Assembly (NCBI GenBank): GCA_002385485.1
Contig: DGDP01000096.1
Coordinates: forward strand, 569 to 62,899
Origin: Acetomicrobium sp. UBA3949
Lineage (GTDB): Bacteria; Synergistota; Synergistia; Synergistales; Acetomicrobiaceae
Direction: 5' to 3'
DNA length: 62,331 nt
The notes below the pieces were generated by a model that was not told the origin of the DNA, ran no database searches, and was given only the letters and a program-made list of their open reading frames with translations. Numbering within the stretch: position 1 is the first letter of the stretch; each line of letters starts with the position of its first letter. Made by a program: the position numbers and the translations under genes. Below, piece by piece: positions 62,285 through 62,331 of this stretch.

Positions 62285-62331
62285 TGGTGGCGGTGAGTGG
62301 ATTTGAACCACTGACCCTACGGGTATGAACC
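62285..62331 (-). tRNA. tRNA-Met (elongator, CAT); 5' part lies outside the window
   Basis: Minus strand GG TT-CAT-AC CCGTA GGGTC AGTGG TTCAAAT CCACT CACCGCC ACCA. Confidence 0.88.

Overview
About 62 kb of mostly core bacterial chromosome. Nearly all genes are on the minus strand; only glcT, ptsG and rpmB are on plus. Gene order is Firmicutes-like, and an anaerobic Synergistota (Acetomicrobium-like) host is my unverified guess. Housekeeping blocks: rimP-nusA-infB-rbfA-truB-ribF; yicC-remA-gmk-rpoZ-coaBC-priA-der; trpS-scpAB-rluB-cmk-plsC-hflX; veg/ispE/purR; xseB-ispA-dxs-tlyA-nadK-recN; and tilS-hpt-ftsH-uvrB-uvrA-rlmB-tldD-ftsK. RNA genes: tRNA-Ile2, an elongator tRNA-Met cut by the window edge, and a tRNA-Arg(CCU) that lacks its T-arm and 3' end. 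The accessory middle holds a glcT-RAT-ptsG glucose PTS cassette between veg and ispE, a LIV-type ABC transporter, a dapA-dapB-dapH-lysC operon and a Mop-type aldehyde oxidoreductase plus cupin. The most interesting signals are: (1) a P3-less (tungsten-cofactor-type) Moco RNA motif with a terminator/antiterminator platform in front of a xanthine-oxidase-family enzyme whose active-site loop reads AFRCYG; (2) a T-box with a Lys specifier, rather than a lysine riboswitch, controlling the DAP/lysine operon; (3) the disrupted tRNA-Arg at the left edge; and (4) a PriA with degenerate helicase motifs. All family calls come from motif recognition by eye, with no database searches.
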